The translations under genes and the position numbers were made by a program. A stretch of DNA of 64,000 bases from Fidelibacterota bacterium (GTDB taxonomy: Bacteria; Fidelibacterota; UBA8477; JABMPR01): NCBI GenBank assembly GCA_018673925.1, contig JABHBL010000088.1, positions 2,516 to 66,515 of the forward strand, in the 5' to 3' direction. How positions within the stretch are numbered: position 1 is the stretch's first letter; every line of letters begins with the position of its first letter. Positions 9,169-18,800 of the stretch are shown here, in pieces. The notes under the pieces were generated by a model. It ran no database searches and had not been told where the DNA came from. It was given only the letters and a program-made list of their open reading frames with translations.

Positions 9169-10980
9169 TTAATTGGCCCCGGGCAACCAGAGCACCAACC
9201 CAGGTACATACGTGATGACAAGGACCATCACCAGAAGTAGAATGAAAAAGGGCAGAGTGTCCTTATACACCTGGGGTAAAGGTCGTTCGAAACGAATAGC
9301 TGAGAGGAAGAGATTCATCCCCACAGGGGGAGTAAGATAACCAAGTTCCAGGTTGGCCAGAAAAATGATACCAAGATGTAGGGGGTGCACTCCAAAGACG
9401 GCTGCCATGGGAATGATAATGGGTACCACTACCATGATGGCAGAGAAAATATCCATGAGGCAACCCACAATGAGCAAGAATAGATTGAGGAAGAGCAGAA
9501 AAGTAATTTTGCTATCGATATTGGCTGCCACCCACTCACTCGCTCGAGTTGGAATCTCGGCATCCACCAGATAGTTGGTAAAGCCCATCGACACACTCAG
9601 GATTATGAGAATACCTCCCAGAAGGGTAGCACTCTTCACAGTGATACCTAGTAGATGTCCCCGGATTCGTATATCCCTGTGCACAAGCACACCAATGATC
9701 AGGATGTATACAACTACTACAGCTGCAGTCTCAACCAGAGTCATGATGCCGCTAAAAATGCCTCCCAGAGCAATAACCGGAATCAATATTTCCCATTTGG
9801 CATGCATAATGGCCTGCCAGGCAGCTTTTTTATTGAAGGGAAGTTTTTTGATGTTCATGTTGGAACTTCTATACCAGGCATATATGGAAACGGCAGCCAG
9901 AAGCAGCAGACCTGGTACCACTCCTGCGAGAAAAAGTTGATTTATGGGTGTGTGGGAAATGACACCGTAAAAAATGATGGGTAAAGCAGGTGGAAAAAGC
10001 AAACCGAGACTGCCAGTGGCTGTGACCAGACCAACCGCAAAGCTTTTATTAAATCCTGATGCCAGGAGTACGGGTAATAACAGCCCACCCACGGCTAATA
10101 TTGTGACCCCAGAAGCGCCTGTAAATGTGGTGAAAAATGTACACACAAATGCGGTAGCTATGGCTGGTCCAGCCGGGAGCCATCCCAACAAATGCTTGAA
10201 TAATTCCACTATCCGTTTGCTGGCGCCCCCTTCAGCCAACATGTATCCAGCCAACGTGAAGAGAGGTATGGTGGGCAAAACAGGTGAAGCCACTATGCGG
10301 TAGGTTTCCACAGAGATGGCTGCGATAGAAATATCTTCAGCTAAAAAAAGCACAAGGGCAATCCCCCCGATCCAGGCGAAAATGGGTAGACCGAATATTG
10401 AGGCTGCCAGAAAACCAATCACGATTGGAATAATAAGACTAGACAATAATTCAGGAGATGCCCACCAGGCAAAAATGGAGAGTATACTTGCCACACCTAA
10501 GGCAATAAAACGCGTTCGAAGGTTACCGATGTTTGTGAGTTCTCTCAAGGCCACACCCAGATAACCCACAGGAATAATGACAAGGACCATCCAGATGGGT
10601 ATTGTCTGACCCACCATCGTGGGGGAATAATATTCTACCTGTACAAAGTAGATACCAGCATAGGTCAAACCAATGCACACTGCGATGGTGACCCCCTTGA
10701 CAAATGCTATCATTTCAGAGCGAATGTGGGGAGGGATATATTCCATCACTGCATTGATGCTTAAATGGCTCCCCTCACGACTCGTAATAATCGCGCCCAG
10801 GAGACCAACGATAAGTGTGAGATGACGAGTGTAATCCGTGGATCCTGATATCCCGAAGGCCCCAATGGTGCGGGAAATAATCTCCAGAACTGGAAATGCG
10901 GCCATGAGGAATAGACATAGAGCGAGAACAATGTTCTCTACATTGGCAATATATCCATTAGCACGTGACCAGAATTTCAT
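9169..10980 (-). CDS. TRAP transporter fused small/large permease (DctQ-DctM fusion, TatQ-M-like)
   Basis: 603 aa polytopic membrane protein; an N-terminal 4-TM DctQ-like part followed by a 12-TM DctM-like part. Lies immediately downstream of the TRAP substrate-binding protein on the same strand. Confidence 0.85.
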   Translation of the reverse strand: MKFWSRANGYIANVENIVLALCLFLMAAFPVLEIISRTIGAFGISGSTDYTRHLTLIVGLLGAIITSREGSHLSINAVMEYIPPHIRSEMIAFVKGVTIAVCIGLTYAGIYFVQVEYYSPTMVGQTIPIWMVLVIIPVGYLGVALRELTNIGNLRTRFIALGVASILSIFAWWASPELLSSLIIPIVIGFLAASIFGLPIFAWIGGIALVLFLAEDISIAAISVETYRIVASPVLPTIPLFTLAGYMLAEGGASKRIVELFKHLLGWLPAGPAIATAFVCTFFTTFTGASGVTILAVGGLLLPVLLASGFNKSFAVGLVTATGSLGLLFPPALPIIFYGVISHTPINQLFLAGVVPGLLLLAAVSIYAWYRSSNMNIKKLPFNKKAAWQAIMHAKWEILIPVIALGGIFSGIMTLVETAAVVVVYILIIGVLVHRDIRIRGHLLGITVKSATLLGGILIILSVSMGFTNYLVDAEIPTRASEWVAANIDSKITFLLFLNLFLLIVGCLMDIFSAIMVVVPIIIPMAAVFGVHPLHLGIIFLANLELGYLTPPVGMNLFLSAIRFERPLPQVYKDTLPFFILLLVMVLVITYVPGLVLWLPGAN

Positions 10981-10986
10981 AATGAC

Positions 10987-12015
10987 CTATTCTTTTGGTT
11001 TGCTGCGAAACGCTTCCAGAATACCCTTCACTTGTAGATAGAGTTCCTCCGGTACTTCCTTCTCAAAGATCTCAGGGTACATATGGGTCTCCACCATTTC
11101 TAACCACGCAGCTCTCGCATCTTCAGGAGCGGGAGTTAAAGTGAGTCCATTTTCCTGCATGACTTTCATGGCCTCTATTTCAAGACCTACAACTTCTTTG
11201 GAAAGTGCCAACCCTCGTTCCCCAGACTTTTTCAAAAGCGGTGCATGCAATTCTTTAGAGATTTTATTCCACTTTTTCTTGGTAATAATGATCGCGCCAG
11301 GCAAAGGACCCGCTTTCAAATCAGTAACAAAAGGAACTGCTGGGAACCACTGATAGCTCAGTGCGATGATGGGAGTTGTGGTCAGAGTCGTGATGAGACC
11401 CGTTTGAAGTGACATAAATATATCTGGTGCTGCGACTTCAACTGCATTATACCCGGCATCCATCCAACCTCGTTTGCCTGAGCCCCCGGCCCAGATAAAA
11501 ATGATCTGATTCGTTTTATTGAGATCTTCAGGATAAATCACTGGCGCATTGGTAAAGAGACGGGCCCAACCTGCATCGCTCCAGGATAGGAGTATAAAAC
11601 CCCGTTTCTCCAGTAAATCAATCAAATATTCAGATAACTCATCACGGACATGGTTGAGTTCGGCATCAGTTTGAATCATCATTGGCATGCGTAATACATC
11701 CATTTCAGGGATGATGTACATTAGTCCTTCGATGGTGAGGGCAGCGGCGTGCAATTGTCCAATTCGCATTTTGCGAACCATATCAGCTTCATCTCCAAGA
11801 ATGCCACCGGCGTACAGTTTCATTTTTATCTCACCGTCAGAAATTTTGGACCAATCCTCTCCCAGCGTTAACATGGTTTCATGCCAGGGCGAATTCACAG
11901 GTGCTAATGAGCCTAGTTTTACTGTCTGTGACCAGACCAGGGTTGTCATCATTGTAATCGCTAAGACAGCTCTGTTGATTCGCATATTAATCATCCTCTT
12001 CATCTTCTTCATCAA
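10987..12015 (-). CDS. TRAP transporter periplasmic substrate-binding protein (DctP family, TatP-like)
   Basis: Signal peptide, then KLYAGGILGDEADMVRKMRIGQLHAAALT, the DctP-family signature region. The true start is probably the downstream Met MRINRAV, which removes the 29-bp overlap with the upstream gene. Confidence 0.8.
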   Translation of the reverse strand: MMKKMKRMINMRINRAVLAITMMTTLVWSQTVKLGSLAPVNSPWHETMLTLGEDWSKISDGEIKMKLYAGGILGDEADMVRKMRIGQLHAAALTIEGLMYIIPEMDVLRMPMMIQTDAELNHVRDELSEYLIDLLEKRGFILLSWSDAGWARLFTNAPVIYPEDLNKTNQIIFIWAGGSGKRGWMDAGYNAVEVAAPDIFMSLQTGLITTLTTTPIIALSYQWFPAVPFVTDLKAGPLPGAIIITKKKWNKISKELHAPLLKKSGERGLALSKEVVGLEIEAMKVMQENGLTLTPAPEDARAAWLEMVETHMYPEIFEKEVPEELYLQVKGILEAFRSKPKE

Positions 12016-12925
12016 TCAAAAAGTAGTCACCTTCATTTTTGAGATACCAATGGGCTTTTCTCTGGGCAATCGTGTTTTCAAGCTTGTACTGAGGATAGGC
12101 ATTGACATCAATAGCCAGCGCTTGACTCAGCAAACCTCGGTAAGCTTCAAGATCCTGGTTTTGTATGGCGACGGTGGTAGCCAGTGCAACATGTGGACTT
12201 GCCTTCCTGCCCTCGGTTAATTCCAAAGCACGGACATAGTGGGCTCTTGCTTTTTCAGCACCTCCGCCCATGGCTTCACTCCTGCTACCATCATATGTTA
12301 CAAAGAATTCATGGAGAGCTCCCTCCCCATAGCTCTCATCTAATTCAAGACATCTCAGAAGAACCTTCTCAGCATATTGCAGCTCAGCCAATAAGCTCAG
12401 ATCTGTCATGGTAATGGAAATGGCTCCTACCCAGGAGAGTCCTAGCCAGTAGAGTGTGGGCACATCTTCAACTGTCATTTGAGCCAGTACGACCTCAGGT
12501 TGCTCAAAGATTCTCATTTTAAAACCGGGTGAATCGACTTCCATGGCCCGGAAGGCATAATAGCGACTACGGAGATACAATTTCTTTGCGTATGATTTTA
12601 ATTCCTTGGACCGTTTTGAATTCCAGGGGGTCAATGTATCAGCGGGGAGTTGCACAAAAGCATAGGAGTATTGAGCATATCCCGAAGCGAGAGCCAGGAG
12701 TAATCCCTTATGCTCAGGTGTTTGTTCCAGCAGGGCTTCATTCAACTTGAGTCCAAAGGGGACTGCCTCGGCTACAAACTCAGGTAAATCATCTGAGGCA
12801 AATACACCTGAAGTTGATCCCGACATTGCATCCGCCACGGAGTTGATTGCCATTTTCTGGACGGAGCAAGAGAACAGTCCACTGACAGTCAGAATTATAA
12901 CAAACAGTTTTCCAGGTTTTCCCAT
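11987..12925 (-). CDS. TatT-like TPR lipoprotein (T-component of a TPR-protein-associated TRAP transporter, TPAT)
   Basis: 312 aa, lipoprotein signal MGKPGKLFVIILTVSGLFSC, all-helical TPR-like composition, acidic tail DEEDEEDD. Co-oriented and contiguous with the DctP-like and DctQM genes in the same order as Treponema pallidum tp0956-tp0957-tp0958. Confidence 0.5.
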   Translation of the reverse strand: MGKPGKLFVIILTVSGLFSCSVQKMAINSVADAMSGSTSGVFASDDLPEFVAEAVPFGLKLNEALLEQTPEHKGLLLALASGYAQYSYAFVQLPADTLTPWNSKRSKELKSYAKKLYLRSRYYAFRAMEVDSPGFKMRIFEQPEVVLAQMTVEDVPTLYWLGLSWVGAISITMTDLSLLAELQYAEKVLLRCLELDESYGEGALHEFFVTYDGSRSEAMGGGAEKARAHYVRALELTEGRKASPHVALATTVAIQNQDLEAYRGLLSQALAIDVNAYPQYKLENTIAQRKAHWYLKNEGDYFLIDEEDEEDD

Positions 12926-13226
12926 GAGACCTCCTCATGTATGATGTCGGGATTAGAGAGGTTGACCTCTCAGATAATTGCATTTCAACTTTTAAATCTA
13001 TTTAAGCCGAAGCTCAATTCAGAATTTTGTATTTAGACCGAAGTCAGAAAAATATAGAGCCAATTGTACTGCCTGGTAGAATGAATCTAAAATAAATCTG
13101 CTGTCATCAAAGAGTTACATAATTGGTAATTAATAAAACTCCCCTTAGAGTCATTCCTAAAACTCTGATTTCTTCGTAAAACTTCCCATAAGATTAACCC
13201 ACAACGTGAAGAAATACTGTCACAGA

Positions 13227-13255
13227 TGGAACCAAAACTATCCTATATGGAACAT
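13227..13255. promoter_or_regulatory. Two TGGAAC direct repeats spaced exactly 21 bp, in the TatT / DUF1684 divergent intergenic region
   Basis: gATGGAACCa at 13226-13235 and tATGGAACAt at 13246-13255. The same core and phasing recur at 15771-15820. Confidence 0.3.
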
Positions 13256-13405
13256 TTAATGGGTTGGTCATGCAATATGTGTCAAAAAAAGTACTGGTGA
13301 CTTCCTACCCCCAGTTGATGTTTATCTATTGAAGTTGATTGTCTCGATAGCAGAATAAATTATTTTCCCACCTGAAGTTGTTGATAAATACACAATGGAG
13401 CATTC

Positions 13406-14323
13406 ATGAGAATTCAATTATATCTACTGTCAATTTTATTTTTCCTATCTGCCTGCGTCACAACGCCACCTGCCCCAGCAGGGAAAATAATTGAATACGA
13501 AAAACAGATCGGTATCTGGCATCAAACCAGAAACGAACGACTCAACCAACCCACGGGTTGGCTTACCCTATCAGGTCTCTTCTGGCTGGAAAATGGCGAC
13601 AATCTATTTGGGAGTGATATTGAGAATGATCTCGTATATCCTGGTGAAAGCGTTCCAGACTACATGGGTGTTTTGCATTTGGAGGGTGATAGTGTATCAA
13701 TCAATGTGGCTGATGGCATTCATATTTTCCTCCACGACTCGCTTATCACTAAAAGTGATCTTAAAAAGGATAGCGATGGTGAACCAGATATTCTCACCTG
13801 GGATAATCTCAGCTGGTACATCATTCAGAGGGGTGATCGTGTCGGTGTTCGTCTTAGAGATTCCCAACACCCCAATTATGTGAACTTCGTGCCAACGGAA
13901 TTATTTCCCATCGATAGCAGCTGGAGAGTTCCTGCCACGCTGGAAACTTTCGACACCCTCAGGACAGTTGATATTGTGAATGTTCTCGGCGACACCAGTC
14001 CCGGCTCTACCCCAGGTATCCTACATTTTGAAATAAATGGAAAAGCGCTCAGGCTAACTCCACTTGCTGATCCTGGTGATGAGAACTACTTCATTATTTT
14101 TGGAGATGCTACCAATGGTTTAAGTACCTATGGTGCAGGGAGATTTCTTGTGATTCCTGCCGTTGATAAAGATGGAAAAACATTTATTGATTTCAATAAA
14201 TCATATAACATGCCCTGTGCTTTTTCACCATACGCAACCTGTCCCCTGCCTCCTGAAGAAAACCAGCTGACAATTGCCATAAAGGCCGGTGAATTAGACT
14301 ACAAAATTGAGGGCGGACATTAG
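13406..14323 (+). CDS. DUF1684-family lipoprotein
   Basis: Signal peptide with lipobox LSAC; motif PTGWLTLSGLFWLENGDNLFGSD is characteristic of DUF1684. Confidence 0.6.
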   Translation: MRIQLYLLSILFFLSACVTTPPAPAGKIIEYEKQIGIWHQTRNERLNQPTGWLTLSGLFWLENGDNLFGSDIENDLVYPGESVPDYMGVLHLEGDSVSINVADGIHIFLHDSLITKSDLKKDSDGEPDILTWDNLSWYIIQRGDRVGVRLRDSQHPNYVNFVPTELFPIDSSWRVPATLETFDTLRTVDIVNVLGDTSPGSTPGILHFEINGKALRLTPLADPGDENYFIIFGDATNGLSTYGAGRFLVIPAVDKDGKTFIDFNKSYNMPCAFSPYATCPLPPEENQLTIAIKAGELDYKIEGGH

Positions 14324-14397
14324 CAGTCTGGTATAATAAAGTCAGCTTCTCCGAGGAATAACTCTTATTATATATCAGGTCTCTCGACAGGGTCTTG

Positions 14398-14434
14398 AAA
14401 CAAATCATCCAGGAATTTCCTGGATGATTTGTTT
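14398..14434. terminator. Bidirectional terminator-like hairpin (perfect 17-18 bp inverted repeat) between convergent genes
   Basis: AAACAAATCATCCAGGAAatTTCCTGGATGATTTGTTT. The stem is AT-rich, so it is an attenuator/terminator candidate rather than a classic GC hairpin. Confidence 0.55.
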
Positions 14435-14450
14435 AGCTGTGCTATCAGAT

Positions 14451-15713
14451 TTATTTCAAATATACCATTTTAATAGTCTTGCTATGTGACCCAGCTTGAA
14501 AACGACAGATATACATACCAGTGCTTACGAGATTGCCTGAAATATCTATACCATTCCATTGTGCTGTATAATTACCTGCTGGTTGAACCCTGTTACTCAA
14601 GATAGTGATCTGTCGACCATGGATATCGAAAACAGTCAAACGAACATTTGACTCTACGGGCAATTCGTATCTAATACTGGTCGTAGGATTGAAGGGATTT
14701 GGATAATTCTGATATAATTGAAACTGATTCGGGTTTACTATATCTGTGTTCTTAACTGATACTGTACTTGAGGTGGCATAATTAATGGTAGAATTGGAAG
14801 AGGGTCGCCCTGCATACCACAAATGAAAAACACCATCTTCATAGATGGCAGAAGATTCCCATATACCTAGACTATCATAAGCCTCAGGACCACACATCAG
14901 GACCGGGTTGTCCGCATATCTAGTCCAATTGATTCCATCATCAGACGTTGCGTAGCCTTTGTGCCAGGTTCCACTTGCAGGACTTGCCTGTGTGGCTCCA
15001 GTATACCACATATGATATAAATTGTTGGCAAAAATTACTTCCGGTTTTACGGCAAAAAGGTCCCATTCTCCAGGTGTGCCTGTAAAGACAGGGTTGTTCT
15101 CATATTTATTCCAATTGATCCCATCATCAGAGGTCGCGTAGCCAATACCTAGATTATTAAGATTAGCAAAATACCACATTTCATATGTTGTACCGTCAAA
15201 CAGGACTGAAGGACCCGTGATCACTTCGTTTCCCTCCCAGGTCTGAGATAGAACCATGACAGGATTGTTAGAATATTTGACCCAAATGACCCCATCATAA
15301 GAAGTAGCATAGCCGATGCCATGCACATCGCCTGCATCTATCCCATGATACCACATTTGGTAGCTGCTCCCATCAAACAGGATGCTGGATGCCTGCACAC
15401 CAGTGGCATCCCATTCACCAGGAGACCCTGTTAGAGCAGGATTATCATCATCCTTGACCCAATCGATCCCATCATCAGAGGTAGCATGGCCGATCTGATC
15501 GCTACCGGAGCCATTATCTCCAGCATACCACATCTCATACTCTGATCCATTGTATATGACACAGGGATAGAGCAAATAATCATCGTCCCATGACCCATTG
15601 CTACCAACTGTCATAACTGGATTACCATCGTACTTCACCCATTCTGTTTGTGCCAAAAGAGTTGAAGTTATCAAAATCATTATTAGGTATGAAAGTATGC
15701 GTTGCATATGCAC
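14451..15713 (-). CDS. Secreted five-bladed beta-propeller protein of the GH43/GH32/GH130-like (furanosidase-clan) type with a T9SS type-A C-terminal sorting domain
   Basis: Five tandem ~55-aa blades of the form W.KY..NPV..G..G.WD....P.V...G..Y.MWY.G.....IGYATSDDGI.W. C-terminus YQNYPNPFNPTTSIRYELP...LTVFDIHGRQI...GMYICRF...KMVYLK is a textbook Por_Secre_tail. N-terminal signal peptide. Confidence 0.6.
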   Translation of the reverse strand: MHMQRILSYLIMILITSTLLAQTEWVKYDGNPVMTVGSNGSWDDDYLLYPCVIYNGSEYEMWYAGDNGSGSDQIGHATSDDGIDWVKDDDNPALTGSPGEWDATGVQASSILFDGSSYQMWYHGIDAGDVHGIGYATSYDGVIWVKYSNNPVMVLSQTWEGNEVITGPSVLFDGTTYEMWYFANLNNLGIGYATSDDGINWNKYENNPVFTGTPGEWDLFAVKPEVIFANNLYHMWYTGATQASPASGTWHKGYATSDDGINWTRYADNPVLMCGPEAYDSLGIWESSAIYEDGVFHLWYAGRPSSNSTINYATSSTVSVKNTDIVNPNQFQLYQNYPNPFNPTTSIRYELPVESNVRLTVFDIHGRQITILSNRVQPAGNYTAQWNGIDISGNLVSTGMYICRFQAGSHSKTIKMVYLK

Positions 15714-15770
15714 CTCCTCCTTTTTTGCGTTGTTGGATTTTAAGGGCTTTGAAGCATTGATGCTAACACG

Positions 15771-15820
15771 TATGGAACATTCTTTAGCTCATATGGAACA
15801 TTTAGGTGGATTGTGGAACT
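15771..15820. promoter_or_regulatory. Three TGGAAC(A) direct repeats at 21/20-bp phasing, upstream of the propeller gene and downstream of the hybrid regulator
   Basis: tATGGAACAt at 15771-15780, tATGGAACAt at 15792-15801, tGTGGAACtt at 15811-15820. Sits 60-110 bp upstream (minus sense) of ATG 15713, which has a strong AGGAGGAGG RBS. Confidence 0.35.
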
Positions 15821-15877
15821 TGGGGTTACAATTCAGAAGTTACGAGACACAGGTCAATCATGATTGGAAAACATTAT

Positions 15878-18800
15878 TCAATGTTCTTGATCATCAACTT
15901 TTTGGTCGGCCAAATAGGCTGATGGTGTTTTACCGAATTCCTCTTGAAAGGCTTTAGCGAAGAAAGATAGACTGGAGAAACCCGTTTGATAAGCAACTTG
16001 AGTCACTGTCGATTGGTGATTATCTAAGATAAGTGCAGCATTTTTAAGACGGATTGAACGAATGAATTCTGTCGCAGTACGATCCGTAAGAGCCTTTATT
16101 TTACGGTTTAGATGCTGCCGGCTCATGAAGATTTTCTTAGAGAGTGACTCCACATTGAATTCAAAATCAGCTAAATGTTTACCAATGATATCGAGAACCT
16201 TTTCCATAAACTGTTTATCCATTGAGGACAATTTGAGATTAGCAGGAATCAGGTGAGGATCGTGTCGGAATTGTACGCGGAGCAACTCTCTTTGCTCTAT
16301 GAGATTCCTGATCCGAATTAATAGCTCTTTTGCTTCAAAAGGCTTGGTGAGATAATCGTCAGCACCAGTTTCCAAGCCTTCCAGCTTGCTTTCCAAATCT
16401 GCCTTGGCAGTGAGCAGAATAACTGGAATATGACTGGTTCGTTCATCGGTTTTGATGCGCTTACAGAATTCTACACCATCCATTTTGGGCATCATAACAT
16501 CTGAAACAATCAGGTCTGGGATTAAATCCAGTCCCTGTTCCAATCCATTTTCACCGTCAATAGCTTCATGACAAGTGTAATCATTGTCCAAGTAGGATCG
16601 AATAAATCCCCGCACATCAGCATTGTCTTCAACTATGAGTAAAACCGGTCGTGATTCGTCGATAGCCCTCTGAGCTATGGATTGGGTAGATTCGTTTACT
16701 GGAATCTGATCCACCGGGGTGTCATCTCCATCATTCATTTCTGATTCATCAATTTCAGTGTTTGAGAAATGAGCTTTCCCTAGAGGTAAGCAAATTGTGA
16801 ATGTAGTTCCTTGACCTTCATCGCTGATGACCCCAATTGAACCTTTGTGTAGCTCTACCAGCTCACGCGTAAGAGCCAGACCAATTCCAGTCCCTTCCCG
16901 CTCCCGGGTCTCACTATTATCGACCTGATAGAAACGGTCAAATATTTTATTCAGCCGTTCAGCAGGAATACCGACACCATTGTCTGTAATGGCGATGCAG
17001 ATTTCTCCTACACTGTAAAGAACTGATTTGTCGGTAGCAGTGACATCAACCTGAATTGATCCCTCATATCTAGTAAACTTGAAAGCGTTGCTTAATAAAT
17101 TATTGATGATTTTGGTTATAGCATCTTTATCCACGTAGACTGGAATATCTTCCAAATCACTATTAAATGTGAGGGTGATTTTGTCGCGCTCGGCCAGTGA
17201 GGCAAAAGACAAAGTCAGACCTTTTAGCAGGGGAACAATATTGCGCTTGCTAGCCTGTATCTTCATTCTGCCCGCCTCCAGTTTGGAGAGATCCAGAAGC
17301 TGGGTAACCAACTCTAACAACCGTTTAGCCTGACGCTGCATAAGATTCAGATCCTGCATCGATTCAGTATCTTTGACCCTGGCTAACATTTTGCCGATGG
17401 GTCCCAGGATAAGGGTTAAGGGGGTTCTGAATTCGTGGGAGATATTGGCAAAGAAACGGGACTTTAGTTGATCCATCTCTGCATAACGCTCCGCTTCAAG
17501 ATGATCCACTTCAGCTTGATACTGTAGCCGAAGTCGAGCGAGTCGGATGCGATAAATTATCGTTACCACGGTAATTATTAAAATCAAATATCCGAAATAG
17601 GCCATGTCAGACTTCCACCAGGGTGGTGTGATTGTGATGTGAAGAGACACACCTTCTTCGTTCCACAAGCCATCATTGTTTGATCCTTTGACGTGGAAAA
17701 CATAATCACCGGGATCAAGGTTGGTATAAGTAGCTATGCGGCTTGTAGCGTTGGTATAGGTCCAATCTTCATTAAATCCTTCCATTTTGTAGGCATATTT
17801 GTTCTTCAAGGGATTTCGATAATCCAGAGCGGCAAATTCAATCGAAAACACATTATCCAGATAGCTCAATTCGATGGCATCAAGCCGAGAAATGATTTTT
17901 GGAAGATAGAATCCATATTCCCTGCTTTCTGAAAATGCCGAGTCTATTTGTACCGATTGACTGAACAATTGGAAGTCGGTGAGAACGATTGGTGGAATGT
18001 TGGGATTGTTTTTAATACTGTCTGGATGGAACCAGGTTATGCCATTGTCAGATCCAAAAAACAGTTCACCACGTTTCGTTATTGCTGCCGAGTTGCGTGC
18101 AAAACTGTTCGCAGCCAATCCGTCAGATTTATCGTAATTGCGAAAGGATTCGGCGTCAAGATCAAATCTCACCAACCCTTTGTCTGTCCCCATCCATAGA
18201 TCACCCTGTTTATCTTGTACAACCGAATTAATAACATCGCTGGCTAATCCCTTAGCCATGGTAAAATTGGTACAATCGTAAAGCCCAGGTAATGCCTGGT
18301 TTTTCACCAATCTGGTCAATCCAGATTCAGTGCCAATCCAGTAATTTCCAAGTACGCTCTCAGTGATTGCTGAGACACAAACACCTCGAAGTCCCACATC
18401 ACCCTCACTGGAAAACTGTGGCTTTTTCCAAGTCCCCAAGAAAGGATCAAATATGTACAAGCCATTGCGCCAGCTACCAACCCAGATTAAGCCTTCTACA
18501 TCTTGGTAGAGTGTGCGTACTGCTGTACCCTCCGGCAAATACTGCCCAAGAGGAGTACCATCAAGTGGATTGATCTCATGCATTTGCCAACGTGCCCCGA
18601 TCCAGACTCGCCCCTCTCGATCAGCTAGAACACACTGTATAGTTGCATCACCCACCTGAGATTGTGGAAATGGGTATTTGGTGTCCAATAATATTTTACC
18701 AGAACCAGTATCTATCTTGAATATATCCCTTGTAGTTACAGCCCAGATGTAACCGAATGTATCCTCGGCCAAGTCTTGGATGAGGTTGATTTTACTACTC

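Noticed and set aside
9263-10564. Cluster of plus- and minus-strand ORFs (9263..9463, 9353..9574, 9575..9940, 9655..9984, 9974..10303, 10316..10564) inside the TRAP permease gene
   Set aside because: These are shadow ORFs of a GC-skewed membrane-protein gene; the translations are Arg/Ser/Thr-rich with no motifs.
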